From: an uncultured Alphaproteobacteria bacterium
GTDB taxonomy: Bacteria > Pseudomonadota > Alphaproteobacteria > Rhizobiales > Hyphomicrobiaceae
Assembly: GCA_963726555.1 (NCBI GenBank)
Contig: CAVSCT010000021.1
Location: forward strand, 373,302 to 437,301
Direction: 5' to 3'
Length of the DNA stretch: 64,000 bases
The position numbers and the translations under genes were made by a program. The notes beneath the pieces are model-generated. The model saw only the letters and a program-made list of their open reading frames with translations. It was not told the DNA's origin and made no database searches. Below are positions 20,919 to 31,495 of the stretch, in pieces (position 1 is the stretch's first letter; each line of letters begins with the position of its first letter).

Positions 20919-22706
20919 TCACCTTCGGCCAAACAGCCGCTCAATGTCGGCGAGCTTCAATTCCACGTACGTAGGGCGCCCGTGGTTGCACTGGCCGGAG
21001 TAGGGCGTCGCCTCCATGCCGCGCAAAAGCGCGTTCATCTCCTCCGGCGTCAGGCGCCGGCCCGCGCGCACGCTGCCATGGCAGGCGAGCGTCGCGCACA
21101 CGGCCTCGAGCCGCTCTTTGAGCGCGAGCCCTTCGCCGTCGCCCGCGATGTCGGCGGCGAGGTCGCGGACGAGGCCGTGCACGTCGGTTTCGCCCAGAAG
21201 TGCCGGCACCTCGCGCACCGCGACGGCGCCGGGCCCGAACGGCTCCAGCGAGAGCCCGAGCTCGGCGAGTTCTTCCGCGCGCTCTGCGAGGGCTGCGGCT
21301 TCCTCGGGGCTGAGATCGACGACGACGGGGATCAGCAAGCCCTGGCGGGCAACGCCGCCGTTAGCGAGCATCGCCTTCATACGCTCGTAGACGAGGCGCT
21401 CATGCGCGGCGTGCTGGTCGACGATGACGACGGCGTCGCGCGTCTGCGCCAGGATGTAGGTCTCGTGCAGCTGCGCGCGGGCGGCGCCGAGCGGGCGGTC
21501 GAGGAGGGCCTCCGGGATCGGCGCGGCATCGGCGCGGGTGTCCGCGCTGGGAGCGCCGAAGTCCTCGAAGGGCGCCTGCAGCGCCTCGGCGAGGCCGAAT
21601 GAGCCGGAGGATCGCGGTGCTGGGTAAGCGCCGCGCGGCCGCTCGAAGGGGACGATATTGGGCTTCATCTCGCCAAGCGTCGCCGCGCCTCCACCGACCG
21701 ACGCGCGGTGGCCGGCGGCATACAGCGCGGCGGCGAGCGCGTTGACGATGAGCGAGCGCACGAGCGCGGCGTCGCGGAAGCGCACCTCGGCTTTGGCGGG
21801 ATGCACGTTGACGTCCACCTCCGCCGGCGGCAGCGCGACGAACAGGGCGAGCAGCGGATGGCGCCCGCGCGGGATGAGGTCGCCGTAGGCGGCGCGCACG
21901 GCGCCGATCAGCAGCTTGTCCTTCACCGGGCGGCCGTTGACAAACAGGTACTGCTGGCCCGCATCATGGCGGTGCAGGGTCGGCAGACCGGCAAAGCCCG
22001 ACACGTTCACCGCTTCACGCGCGCCCGCGACGGGAAGCGCGTCGCCCATGAACTCGCGGCCCATGATGCGGCCGAGCCGTTGCAACAGGCCGTCGGCGTT
22101 TTGCGCCTCGCGGGGGAGCTGCAGCCCGGTGCGCTCGCCCGTCGTGAGCGTGAAGCCGACGCCCGGGTGTGCCATGGCAAGCCGCTTCACAACCTCGGCG
22201 ACGGCCTGGTTCTCCGCGCGCTCCGATTTCAGGAATTTGAGCCGTGCCGGCACGCTGGAGAAGAGATCGCGCACCTCGATGATGGTGCCGGGATTGCCGG
22301 CCGTGGGCCGCGCCGTCTCCTTGGCGCCGCGATCGACGGTGATGGCAAAGGCTTCGGATGCGCCTTGCGCGCGCGAGCGCAGCGTCAGCTTGGCGATGGA
22401 GCCGATGGAGGGCAGCGCCTCGCCGCGAAATCCCAGCGTGCGGATGGCGAAGAGATCCTCCTCGGCGAGCTTGGAGGTGGCGTGGCGCTCCACCGACAGC
22501 GCAAGGTCAGCGGGGCCCATGCCGCTGCCATTGTCGGTGACGCGGATGAGGCTCAGGCCGCCCGACGCCGTGACGACATCGATCTCGCTCGCCCCGGCGT
22601 CGAGCGCGTTTTCGACGAGTTCCTTCACCACGCTCGCGGGGCGCTCGACGACCTCGCCCGCGGCGATGCGGTTGATCGTCTCCGGCGATAGCTGGCGAAT
22701 GGCCAT
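20919..22706 (-). CDS. mutL: DNA mismatch repair endonuclease MutL
   Basis: [47 protein letters not shown]. Confidence 0.97.
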   Translation of the reverse strand: MAIRQLSPETINRIAAGEVVERPASVVKELVENALDAGASEIDVVTASGGLSLIRVTDNGSGMGPADLALSVERHATSKLAEEDLFAIRTLGFRGEALPSIGSIAKLTLRSRAQGASEAFAITVDRGAKETARPTAGNPGTIIEVRDLFSSVPARLKFLKSERAENQAVAEVVKRLAMAHPGVGFTLTTGERTGLQLPREAQNADGLLQRLGRIMGREFMGDALPVAGAREAVNVSGFAGLPTLHRHDAGQQYLFVNGRPVKDKLLIGAVRAAYGDLIPRGRHPLLALFVALPPAEVDVNVHPAKAEVRFRDAALVRSLIVNALAAALYAAGHRASVGGGAATLGEMKPNIVPFERPRGAYPAPRSSGSFGLAEALQAPFEDFGAPSADTRADAAPIPEALLDRPLGAARAQLHETYILAQTRDAVVIVDQHAAHERLVYERMKAMLANGGVARQGLLIPVVVDLSPEEAAALAERAEELAELGLSLEPFGPGAVAVREVPALLGETDVHGLVRDLAADIAGDGEGLALKERLEAVCATLACHGSVRAGRRLTPEEMNALLRGMEATPYSGQCNHGRPTYVELKLADIERLFGRR

Positions 22707-22785
22707 GTCCCCTCCTCGCGCGCGCCGGAGGTTAGCCGATCCCACGATTCGCGCCGAATCTGGCCGGGCGCCGTGCACACGGGTG

Positions 22786-22843
22786 TTGACACGCGGCATC
22801 GGGCGGACTATTTAACCAATTAGTTATTTAACTAGATGGATAA
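22786..22843 (+). promoter_or_regulatory. Sigma70 promoter overlapped by tandem ArsR-type operator palindromes
   Basis: TTGACA (22786)-17 nt-TATTTA; TTAACCAATTAGTTAT (22812-22827) and TTAACTAGATGGATAA (22828-22843) directly upstream of the arsR-family gene. Confidence 0.65.
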
Positions 22844-22850
22844 TTACGAA

Positions 22851-23222
22851 ATGGCCCCCGACCCTCTGAGCGCAAAGTTCGCCGCCCTTGCCGACCCCAC
22901 GCGACGGGCGATCCTTGCCCGCCTCGCGCTCGGCGAGACCTCGGTGTCCGAGTTGGCAAAGCCCTTCGCTATAAGCCTGCCAGCAGTGTCCAAGCATTTG
23001 AAGGTGCTTGAGAATGCTGGCCTGATTGGGCGCAGTCGCGAGGCCCAGTGGCGTCCCTGCCGGATCGAGCCGGTCGCGCTGAAGGAGGTCGACGGCTGGC
23101 TCAAGCAGTACCGCCAGCTGTGGGAGGAGCGCTTCGATCGCCTCGACGCCTATCTCAAGGTGCTGCAGGCCAAGCAAAAGAAGCCGCGCGTGCGGCCCAA
23201 GCGGCGCAGCCCGCCGCGCTGA
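22851..23222 (+). CDS. ArsR/SmtB family transcriptional regulator
   Basis: FAALADPTRRAIL..L, ISLPAVSKHLKVLENAGLI; alternative ATG at 22836. Confidence 0.9.
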   Translation: MAPDPLSAKFAALADPTRRAILARLALGETSVSELAKPFAISLPAVSKHLKVLENAGLIGRSREAQWRPCRIEPVALKEVDGWLKQYRQLWEERFDRLDAYLKVLQAKQKKPRVRPKRRSPPR

Positions 23223-23285
23223 AAGGGGCGGGCCAAGACGCTGGATCAATCCAACTCGAGATGACGCAAACGAAGGAGTAGTCCC

Positions 23286-24263
23286 GTGGCCGACACATTC
23301 CGTCTCGATCTGATGCAGGATCCGAAAGTGATCGCCGGCAGCCGCCTGTTCGACGCGCCGCGCGGCCTGGTGTTCGAGGCGTGGACCGATCCGAAGCACC
23401 TTGCGCAATGGTGGGGACCGAACGGCTTCTCGTTGACTACGCACAGCTTCGACTTCCGCGCCGGCGGCACCTGGCGCTTCGTCATGTACGGCCCCGACGG
23501 ACGCGACTATCAAAATCGCGTGACTTTCGACGAGATCGTGCCGCCCGAGCGCATTGCCTATCATCACGACGGCGACGACGTGGAGCCCGTGCGGTTTCGT
23601 ACGCTCGTCACCTTCGAGGACGTCGGCGACAAGACCAGGCTGACGATGCGCGCCACCTTCCCGTCGGCGGACGAGCGCGACCGCGTCATCCGCGAGTACG
23701 GTGCCGACAAGGGTCTGGTGCAGACGCTGGCGCGTCTTGCCGACTATCTGGCGCAGACGGGCGAGTTCATCGTCGAGCGCATGTTCGACGCCCCTCGAAC
23801 GCTCGTGTGGCAAGCGTGGACCGAGCCCGAGCGGCTCGCGCGGTGGTGGGGGCCGAAGGGGGCCGCCGTCCGCGTCGCCAAGCACGAGTTGCGCCCCGGC
23901 GGCATGTTCCATTACGCCATGCAGTTCCTGCCGGGTCGCGACATCTGGGGGCGGTTCATCTACCGCGAGATCACCGCGCCTGAGCGGCTCGTGTTCATCA
24001 GCTCCTTCTCGGACGCCGACGGCGGGATTGCGCGGCCGCCCTTCCCCCAGCTCGGCGACGATTGGCCGCTCGAGGTCCTGAATACGCTGACGCTTACCGA
24101 GCAGGGCGGAAAGACGACGGTCACCCTGCGCGCGAGCCCGTTCAACGCCACCGAGGCTGCGCGCAAGGCCTATGCGAACATGTTCGGCTCCATGCAGCAG
24201 GGCTACGCTGGGACGTTCGACAAGCTCGCGGAGCACCTGGCGGCCTCCCGAGGCGCGCTGTAG
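23286..24263 (+). CDS. Tandem SRPBCC (AHSA1-like) domain protein
   Basis: Two repeats of R.FDAPR.LV..AWT.P..LA.WWGP.G. Confidence 0.88.
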   Translation: MADTFRLDLMQDPKVIAGSRLFDAPRGLVFEAWTDPKHLAQWWGPNGFSLTTHSFDFRAGGTWRFVMYGPDGRDYQNRVTFDEIVPPERIAYHHDGDDVEPVRFRTLVTFEDVGDKTRLTMRATFPSADERDRVIREYGADKGLVQTLARLADYLAQTGEFIVERMFDAPRTLVWQAWTEPERLARWWGPKGAAVRVAKHELRPGGMFHYAMQFLPGRDIWGRFIYREITAPERLVFISSFSDADGGIARPPFPQLGDDWPLEVLNTLTLTEQGGKTTVTLRASPFNATEAARKAYANMFGSMQQGYAGTFDKLAEHLAASRGAL

Positions 24264-24380
24264 CCGCAGCGCCACAGCCAGGCCGAATTGGCCCGGCGTA
24301 GCCGCCGGGCCGATCCTCGCCACATCGTTGAGCTACCTGTGTTAAATTGCGCTTTGAATCGGGTGGCATCCGGGGTGGAT

Positions 24381-24929
24381 GTGAGCTGGCGCGTTCTCAT
24401 CGTTTTGCTCGTCGCGGCCGCGGTCCTCGTGGACCCGGTGCTGCCGGCGTTCGCCGACGGCTTCGTGCAGGAGCTCAAGATCGGCGTGCTCGATCACGAT
24501 ATCCCGAATCTGTGGAGCGGCTTCCGCGCCGAGCCGGATTCAGCCGACATCAATGTGGAAGCGATTTTCTCACCCTCGTTGCCCTTCCTCGACGGCACCA
24601 TATCGCCGGCGCTGGGTGGCTCCATCAGCACCATCGGCGCCACCAGCGACGTTTATCTCGACGCGCGCTGGCAAATGGAGACCGGCTGCGGCATGTTCTT
24701 TGGTCTGGGCATCGGCGGCGCAGTGCACAACGGCCAGTTGCAGCTCGAGGACTGGGACCGCAAGGCGCTGGGGTCGCGCGTGCTGTTCCATTTCCCCATC
24801 GAAATCGGCTATCGGCTCGACGAACACAACAGCCTGTCGGCGTACTTCGAGCACATGTCGAACGCCTATACTGTGAGCCCCAACGAAGGCCTGGATCGGC
24901 TCGGTGTCCGCTACGGTTACCGCTTCTGA
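24381..24929 (+). CDS. PagL-like lipid A 3-O-deacylase / acyloxyacyl hydrolase beta-barrel
   Basis: Signal peptide; LGSRVLF, H-x-S-N (EHMSNA), NEGLD; terminal YGYRF outer-membrane signature; start uncertain. Confidence 0.75.
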   Translation: MSWRVLIVLLVAAAVLVDPVLPAFADGFVQELKIGVLDHDIPNLWSGFRAEPDSADINVEAIFSPSLPFLDGTISPALGGSISTIGATSDVYLDARWQMETGCGMFFGLGIGGAVHNGQLQLEDWDRKALGSRVLFHFPIEIGYRLDEHNSLSAYFEHMSNAYTVSPNEGLDRLGVRYGYRF

Positions 24930-25015
24930 TTGCATTTTATCTGCCCGCGCCCGGCTTGCGGCCGTTCCCCGCTCCAAACCGCCAACAGCCGCATCGCCGC
25001 GCCGCTCGCGCCGTT

Positions 25016-25041
25016 GTAACTTCTCATCCCGGTCGGGCGTA
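25016..25041 (+). promoter_or_regulatory. ECF16 (SigF/EcfF)-type promoter
   Basis: GTAACT-N16-CGTA 20 nt upstream of the thioredoxin ATG. Confidence 0.55.
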
Positions 25042-25061
25042 TCAATGCAAGAGACATCGAG

Positions 25062-25475
25062 ATGGAGCATGCAATGCGAGGCCAGAGGCTTATCAAGTTC
25101 GCGGTCGCGACGTTGGGCGCAGCTTTGCTAGCGGGTGCGCCGGCCCAGGCGTTCCAGACCAAAGCGTTCGATGCGCAAACCTTCAAGGCCGCGCAAAGCG
25201 CCGGCGATCCCATTCTGGTCGACGTGTTCGCGCCGTGGTGCTCGACCTGCAAGGCGCAGCAGCAGGTGCTGGACAAGCTGCAGGACAAGCCCGAGTTCGC
25301 CAAGCTCACGGTTTTCAAGGTCGATTTCGACAATCAGCCCGACGTCGTCAAAAGCTTCGGCGCGCGCTCGCAGAGCACCCTGATCGCATACAAGGGCGCG
25401 GCTGAGGTCGGGCGCTCGGCCGGCGACACCGCGCCCAAGTCCATCGAAGCCCTGCTCAGTTCGACCGTGAAGTAG
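25062..25475 (+). CDS. Exported thioredoxin-family protein
   Basis: WCSTC (CxxC); signal peptide ending APAQA. Confidence 0.85.
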   Translation: MEHAMRGQRLIKFAVATLGAALLAGAPAQAFQTKAFDAQTFKAAQSAGDPILVDVFAPWCSTCKAQQQVLDKLQDKPEFAKLTVFKVDFDNQPDVVKSFGARSQSTLIAYKGAAEVGRSAGDTAPKSIEALLSSTVK

Positions 25476-25487
25476 GGCGGGCATCCC

Positions 25488-26210
25488 ATGACCGCCGGAA
25501 GCATCGCGTTCGCTTTTCTGGCGGGGCTCCTCTCCACGCTGTCGCCGTGCGTGCTGCCGCTACTGCCGGCGATCCTCGGCACCGCGGTGAGCGAGCACCG
25601 TCTAGGCCCCGCTGCGCTCGCCGCCGGCCTGGCGCTGTCGTTCGTGACCATCGGCCTTTTCATCGCCACCATCGGCTACGGCATCGGGCTCGACGCCGGA
25701 TTCTTCCGGTTGCTGGCGGCGATGCTGCTGATCACCATCGGCGTGATCCTGATGGTGCCGGCGCTGCAGACGCAGTTCGCCGCCATCGCGGCGCCCGTGA
25801 GCGCGTGGAGCGAGAACACGTTCGGCGGCTTCCAGACCGCGGGCCTCAAGGGCCAGTTCGCGTTGGGGCTTTTGCTCGGCGCGGTGTGGAGCCCGTGCGT
25901 CGGACCCACGCTGGGTGCCGCCTCCGTCCTCGCCGCGCAGGGCAAGGACCTGGGCCAGGTCGCGCTCGTCATGCTGGTGTTTGGGCTCGGCGCCGCGCTA
26001 CCGCTTTTGCTCATCGGCACGCTGTCGCGCACGGCGATGTTGCGCTGGCGCAACCGCCTGATGGAGGCCGGCAAGGGCGGTAAGATGCTGCTCGGGGGGC
26101 TGCTCGTCGCCGTCGGCCTGCTGATCGTGAGCGGCCTCGACAAGCGGCTCGAGACGCTTATCGTGGAAGCTTCTCCTGCGTGGCTGACCGAGCTCACCAC
26201 GCGCTTCTAG
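25488..26210 (+). CDS. ccdA: CcdA/DsbD-type transmembrane disulfide reductase
   Basis: LSPCVLPLLP and WSPCVGPTLG; multiple TM segments. Confidence 0.85.
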   Translation: MTAGSIAFAFLAGLLSTLSPCVLPLLPAILGTAVSEHRLGPAALAAGLALSFVTIGLFIATIGYGIGLDAGFFRLLAAMLLITIGVILMVPALQTQFAAIAAPVSAWSENTFGGFQTAGLKGQFALGLLLGAVWSPCVGPTLGAASVLAAQGKDLGQVALVMLVFGLGAALPLLLIGTLSRTAMLRWRNRLMEAGKGGKMLLGGLLVAVGLLIVSGLDKRLETLIVEASPAWLTELTTRF

Positions 26211-26219
26211 GAGGCTTCG

Positions 26220-27059
26220 ATGCACTCGGCCGCGATCGCGCCTCGAACCGAGCTTGTCTACCGCCACGCATTGATCGTGCGCATCACGCACTGGGTCAAC
26301 GCGCTGTGCTTGCTCGTGCTGTTGATGAGCGGGCTGCAGATCTTCAACGCGCATGCGACGCTCTACTGGGGCAGCAAGTCGGAGCCCGACCGCGCGATCC
26401 TGTCGATGCGCGCCGAGCAGCGCGCGGACGGGAGCTACGCCGGCATCACGACTATCGGCTCCACGTCGTTCGAGACGACCGGCGTGCTGGGCCTCTCGGG
26501 TTCGGGCACGGATCTGGAGCGGCGCGGCTTCCCGGCGTGGATCACGCTCCCCTCCTACCGCGATCTGGCGACCGGGCGGCGCTGGCACTTCTTCTTTGCG
26601 TGGCTGTTTGTGCTGAACGGGCTCGCCTACCTGCTCTATTCGCTCTTGAGCGGCCACACGCGTCGGGATCTGGCGCCGACGCGCGGAGAGCTTGAGCACA
26701 TCGGCGCGTCGATCTCGGAGCACATCCGCTTCCGGTTTCCCAAGGGCGAGGAGGCGAAGCGCTACAACGTGCTGCAAAAGCTGGCGTATCTGGCCGTGAT
26801 CTTCGGCCTGCTGCCGCTCGCGATCCTCTCGGGCCTCACCATGTCGCCGGCACTCGATGCCGTCTTCCCATTCCTGCTCGACGTGTTTGGCGGGCGCCAG
26901 TCTGCGCGCACGGTGCACTTCCTATGCGCGACAGGTATCGTGCTGTTTGTGCTGGTGCACGTGTTCATGGTCATCGTCTCGGGCCTGTGGAACAACCTGC
27001 GCTCGATGATCACCGGCCGCTACGCGATCGAACCTGCGGAGGGCAGCCATGCCGGTTGA
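26220..27059 (+). CDS. Cytochrome b (Ni-hydrogenase/YdhU-like), partner of the molybdoenzyme
   Basis: RITHWVN, RRWHFF, YNVLQKLAY, ARTVHF, VHV heme-ligand histidines. Confidence 0.85.
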   Translation: MHSAAIAPRTELVYRHALIVRITHWVNALCLLVLLMSGLQIFNAHATLYWGSKSEPDRAILSMRAEQRADGSYAGITTIGSTSFETTGVLGLSGSGTDLERRGFPAWITLPSYRDLATGRRWHFFFAWLFVLNGLAYLLYSLLSGHTRRDLAPTRGELEHIGASISEHIRFRFPKGEEAKRYNVLQKLAYLAVIFGLLPLAILSGLTMSPALDAVFPFLLDVFGGRQSARTVHFLCATGIVLFVLVHVFMVIVSGLWNNLRSMITGRYAIEPAEGSHAG

Positions 27060-27822
27060 CCCAACACTCACGCGTCGCGGGTTCCTCACCCGAGGCGCCG
27101 CGCTCGGCGGAGCGGTTCTGCTCGGCGGGTGCGACGACGCGCTGTCGAGGTCACCGTCGTTCCGCGAGATACTCGTGCGCGCGGAAGGTGCGACGCAAGG
27201 CGTTCAGCGGCTCGTCCTGTCCAATCGCGCTCTCGCTCGCGAATATTCCGAGGCGGACCTGTCGGCGCACTTCAAAGCCAACGGCTCGACCGCGGTCGAC
27301 GACCCCAGGTACCGCAGCTCGGCTCAGGCGGGCTTTGCCGATTGGAAGCTCAAGATCGACGGCCTCGTCGAGCGCCCGATCGAGCTTAGCCTCGCGGAGC
27401 TGCGCAGGCTTCCCTCGCGCACCCAGATCACGCGCCACGACTGCGTCGAGGGCTGGAGCGCGATCGGCAAGTGGACGGGCGCGCAGCTTGGGCCGCTGTT
27501 GCAGAGTGTCGGCCTCAAGCCCGACGCCCGCTACCTCGTGCTGCACTGCGCCGACACGCTCGGCCGCGACGGGAAATATTATGAGAGCATCGACCTGATC
27601 GACGCCTTCCACCCGCAGACGATTTTAGCCTACGACATGAATGGTTCTGCCCTCACCGAACCGCACGGCGCGCCGATACGCCTGCGCGTCGAGCGCCAGC
27701 TCGGCTACAAGCACGCAAAGTACGTGATGCGCATCGAGGCGGTATCGAGCTTCGCCACGATGCGCGGCGGGCGCGGCGGTTTCTGGGAGGATCTCGGCTA
27801 CGAGTGGTACGCCGGGATCTGA
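27049..27822 (+). CDS. Sulfite-oxidase-family molybdopterin oxidoreductase (MsrP/YedY-like), Tat lipoprotein
   Basis: TRRGFL Tat motif, LLGGC lipobox, HDCVEGWS, PHGAPIRL, LGYKHAKY. Confidence 0.85.
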   Translation: MPVDPTLTRRGFLTRGAALGGAVLLGGCDDALSRSPSFREILVRAEGATQGVQRLVLSNRALAREYSEADLSAHFKANGSTAVDDPRYRSSAQAGFADWKLKIDGLVERPIELSLAELRRLPSRTQITRHDCVEGWSAIGKWTGAQLGPLLQSVGLKPDARYLVLHCADTLGRDGKYYESIDLIDAFHPQTILAYDMNGSALTEPHGAPIRLRVERQLGYKHAKYVMRIEAVSSFATMRGGRGGFWEDLGYEWYAGI

Positions 27823-27832
27823 GCCTCGCGGC

Positions 27833-28231
27833 TCAGTACTTCTCGTCGAGCTTCAAGCACACCGAATTGATGCAGTAGCGCTTGCCGCTCGCGGTGGGGC
27901 CGTCGTCGAAGACGTGGCCGAGGTGGGAGCCGCAGCGCGCGCAGGTGATCTCGGTGCGCACCATGCCGTGCGAGCTGTCGGTGTGAGATTCGACCGCGCC
28001 GGGGAGCGCCTCGTCGAACGACGGCCAGCCCGTTCCGGAGTCGAACTTGGCGTCGGAGGAGAACAGCTTGTTGCCGCAGGCGGCGCAGGTGAAGGTGCCG
28101 TCGGCCTCGGCGTGCAGGTATTCGCCGGTGAAGGGCGGCTCGGTGCCTTTCTCGCGCAGCACGCGGTACTGCTCGGGCGTCAGTTGCTTGCGCCAGCCTT
28201 CCTCGGTCTCGGGCATTGGTTCGTCGGCCAT
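27833..28231 (-). CDS. msrB: Peptide-methionine (R)-S-oxide reductase
   Basis: GTEPPFTG, KFDSGTGWPSF, HLGHVF.DGP, RYCINS, two CxxC. Confidence 0.95.
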   Translation of the reverse strand: MADEPMPETEEGWRKQLTPEQYRVLREKGTEPPFTGEYLHAEADGTFTCAACGNKLFSSDAKFDSGTGWPSFDEALPGAVESHTDSSHGMVRTEITCARCGSHLGHVFDDGPTASGKRYCINSVCLKLDEKY

Positions 28232-28293
28232 GGTGTCATCCTAGCACGGCAGCCGTCGTGCGTCCGCGATCAAGATGCGAACCAATCGAGGTC

Positions 28294-29658
28294 TCAGCCC
28301 TTCTTGGCGGCAGCCCCGAGCGTCGGCTTGCCGACAATAGTCACGATCAGGTTTTGTGTCGCGAGCAGGTTCTTTGCCACCCGTTTCATGTCGTCCAGCG
28401 TGACCGCGGCGATCATCGCGTTGCGGTTCTCGACGTACTCGGGACCAAAGCCGTCCATGCGCAGACCCAAGAGCTGCGTCGCGATCTTGGCGTTGGTGTC
28501 GAAGCGCAAGGGATAGGAGCCGATGAGATAGTTCTTGGCGTTGTCGAGATCTTCCTGGCTCGGGCCCTGGTCGGCCATTTTCTTGAGCTCGTCGCGGATG
28601 ACGTCGAGCGATTGCCCCATGGCGTCATTGCGCGTGGCGACGCCGCCCGAAAAGATCGAGGCGTGCTGGTAGGGATAGACGTAGGTGTAGACGGAGTAGG
28701 CGAGGCCGCGCTTCTCGCGCACCTCTTCCATGAGCTTGGAGGCGAAGCCGCCACCGCCGAGGATTTGGTTGAGCACGAAGGCGGGGATGAACTCGGGATC
28801 GCGGCGGGGCATGGCGCCGAGCCCGAACACCGCGACCGACTGCGGCACGTTCATCTCGATCACTTCCTGCTTGCCGCCGGTGACCGGCGTCGTCTTGGAA
28901 ACGGGCGTGAGCTGCGCCTTGTCGGGCAGGTCGCCGAACACCTCGTCCAGAAGGCGTCCGAACTGTGCTGCATCGATGTCGCCGACGGCCACAACCTTCA
29001 GCGTGTTCTTGGCGAACACGCGCCGGCGGTAGCCGTCGAGATCGTCATGCGTGATGCCGCCGACCGACTTCTCGGTGCCGTTTGCGGGGCGCGCGTAGGG
29101 GTGGCCCTTGAAGGCCAGCGCATACCACTCTTTTTGCGCGACCTTGTCGGGGTCGCGCGCGGCGTAGACGAGGCCGGCGATGAGCTGCTGGCGAATGCGC
29201 TCGATCGAGTTGGCCTCGAAGTGCGGCTTGGTGAGCGCGGCCTTGAGAAGCTTCGCGGCCTCGTCGCGGTTCGCGGTGAGGGTTTCGAAGTTGCCGTAGA
29301 AGGCGTCCTTGGCCTCCTCGTAGCTCATGCGCATGGACAGGTCCTCCATGCGCTCCTGGAACTCGCGCGCGGAAAGATCGCCGGCACCCTCGTCCAGCAT
29401 GGCCGTCACGAAGTTGGCCAGGCCTTCCTTGCCCTCGGGGTCCTGCGAGCTGCCGCCGTCGAAGGCGAAGCGCATGGCCATCATCGGCACCGCGTGCTCC
29501 TCGACGAGCCACGCTTCGATGCCACCGGGACTCTTGATCGTTTGAATTTTCATGGCGTTTGCGGGCGAGCTCGAAGTGGCGAAGAGGGCGACGACAGCGG
29601 CTAACGGGGCCCAACTGGCCCGGCCGAGCTTAGCGCGCAAGAGGTTTTCAAGAACCAT
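28294..29658 (-). CDS. M16B peptidase, non-catalytic subunit
   Basis: Signal peptide, AWLVEE, LGGGGF.S.L..EVREKRGLAYS; lacks HxxEH. Confidence 0.85.
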   Translation of the reverse strand: MVLENLLRAKLGRASWAPLAAVVALFATSSSPANAMKIQTIKSPGGIEAWLVEEHAVPMMAMRFAFDGGSSQDPEGKEGLANFVTAMLDEGAGDLSAREFQERMEDLSMRMSYEEAKDAFYGNFETLTANRDEAAKLLKAALTKPHFEANSIERIRQQLIAGLVYAARDPDKVAQKEWYALAFKGHPYARPANGTEKSVGGITHDDLDGYRRRVFAKNTLKVVAVGDIDAAQFGRLLDEVFGDLPDKAQLTPVSKTTPVTGGKQEVIEMNVPQSVAVFGLGAMPRRDPEFIPAFVLNQILGGGGFASKLMEEVREKRGLAYSVYTYVYPYQHASIFSGGVATRNDAMGQSLDVIRDELKKMADQGPSQEDLDNAKNYLIGSYPLRFDTNAKIATQLLGLRMDGFGPEYVENRNAMIAAVTLDDMKRVAKNLLATQNLIVTIVGKPTLGAAAKKG

Positions 29659-29671
29659 GGGGGGCTTTCGC

Positions 29672-31085
29672 TTATCGGGTTTCTCGAAGCGAGTGGGCGA
29701 CGGGCTGCTCGATAGGCTTTCCTTCCCCCTCGAGCTCCTCGGGGACGAGGTAGCCGGTCACCGAGCCGCGCAGGTCGAGATAGGTGTCGGCGGCGTGCTT
29801 GATGTCGTCCTGCGTGACCTTGGCGATCGCCTGCGGCCATTTCTCGATGTCGGCCACTGAGCGGCCGACGGCGACGCCCCAGCCGTAGCGGCGGGCGAGG
29901 CTTGCCTGGTTATCGCTCTCGTAGATGTAGTCGGCGAGCAGGGACTTCTTGGCGCGCGCGAGTTCCACCTCCGTGACGCCGTTGGCACGAATGTCGTCAA
30001 GTACGCCATCGACGGACGCCTCGATCTTATCCAGGCCGTTGCTGCCGCCTGCGACCGCGTACAGCGATACGGCGCCGCCATCGAGGCCCCAGCCGGAGTA
30101 GTCGCCGCCCGTGGTGGCCGCGATCTTGTCCTCGACGACGAGCTTGCGGTAGAGTTCGGCTCGTGGAGCCGTCGGCGAGGATCTTCATCAGCAGGTCGAG
30201 CGCTTCGGCCTCGCCCGGCTTGGCGGTCGAGTAGCTCGGCGCCACGTAGTAGCGATGGAACGAGGCATTGCCCGCGCGCGGGTCCTTAAGCTCGAGGCGC
30301 CGCGAGGCGATGTGCGGGGGCTCCTCGGGGCGCATGCGGCGGTCGACGCTCGGGTTGGCGGGCACCTTGCCGTAGGTCTCCTCGGCGAGCCGCTTCACCT
30401 CCTGGGGGGTGACGTCGCCGGCGACGACGAGGATGGCGTTGTTGGGCGCGTAGTAGCGCTTGTAGAAGTGCATCGCATCCTCGCGCGACAGCTTCGCCAT
30501 CTCGTGCTCCCAGCCGATCACCGGAATGCCGTAGGGGTGCGAGAGGTAGAGTGTGGCGTTCATCTGCTCGTCGAGTAGCGCGGTCGGGTTGTTGTCGATG
30601 CGCGAGCGGCGCTCCTCTAGGATGACCTGCCGCTCGGTCGCGACCTCTTCGGACGTGAGCCGCAGATGCTCCATGCGGTCGGCCTCCATCTCCATGACGG
30701 TGCCGAGGCGCTCCTTCGAGATGCGCTGGTGGTAGGAGGTGACGTCCTGGCCGGTGAAAGCGTTATCCTGGCCGCCGAGCCGCGAGATGATCTTGGAGAA
30801 CTCGCCGACAGCGATCTTGTCGGTCGACTTGAACATCAGGTGCTCGAGGAAGTGGGCGATGCCCGACACGCCCTTGGGCTCGTCGGCGGAGCCGACCTTG
30901 TACCAGATCATATGGGTCACGACCGGGGCCCGGTGGTCCGGGATGACGACCACGTCCAGGCCGTTGGCGAGCGTGAACTCGGTCGCGCGGGGCTCGGCGC
31001 GGGCGGAAGCGAGTGGGAGTGCAGATGCGAGCATCGAGACTGCCATGGATAAGGTTGAGAGGCGGCGGAGGCCGAGCGTGTGCAT
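29672..31085 (-). CDS. M16B zinc peptidase, catalytic subunit (frameshifts near 30030 and 30150)
   Basis: HFLEH, NAFT, ERQVILEER, HPYG.P. Confidence 0.88.
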
Positions 31086-31363
31086 TCGATCAAACCCAGA
31101 TCAGGTTGGCCCGTGGGTGTCCCCGATGAAGTCTTGCACCGCCCCTTGGCCGTAACCGCCTCGAATCCGCGAGAATAGTTATCGACAGGGAAGCGCAGCC
31201 GGGGCCGGCCCGCGAACACCGCTATTGGCGCAACTTCCGGGTAGTCGGCTTGCCTTGTCAAATGACAAGGCGTTCATCTGAAACAATACCGCAGGGTGAT
31301 TTGCGGGCATGCGCGCCATGATTAGCTCGGCGGTCGCGTGTGACCGGAAGGCAGCTGCGCGTG

Positions 31364-31393
31364 CTTGAATTGCGGGCAGGTATCGCCATATCT
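31364..31393 (+). promoter_or_regulatory. RpoH (sigma32) promoter of hsp20
   Basis: CTTGAA-N16-CCATATCT, resembling the alphaproteobacterial RpoH consensus. Confidence 0.65.
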
Positions 31394-31467
31394 ACTGGCA
31401 AAGTCTCAGCGCCCGCAACCGGGGCTGGGCGGGCAGACGCCGCTTACCGTGGTCTGCTTGACGAGAT

Positions 31468-31493
31468 GAAGGTCGCTTCTGGAAAGGGCTTTC
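31468..31493 (+). promoter_or_regulatory. ROSE-like RNA thermometer hairpin
   Basis: GAAGGTC-G(bulge)-CTT/CTGGA/AAG-GGCTTTC containing the U(U/C)GCU motif, paired to the purine-rich RBS region just upstream of the hsp20 ATG. Confidence 0.55.
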
Positions 31494-31495
31494 GC

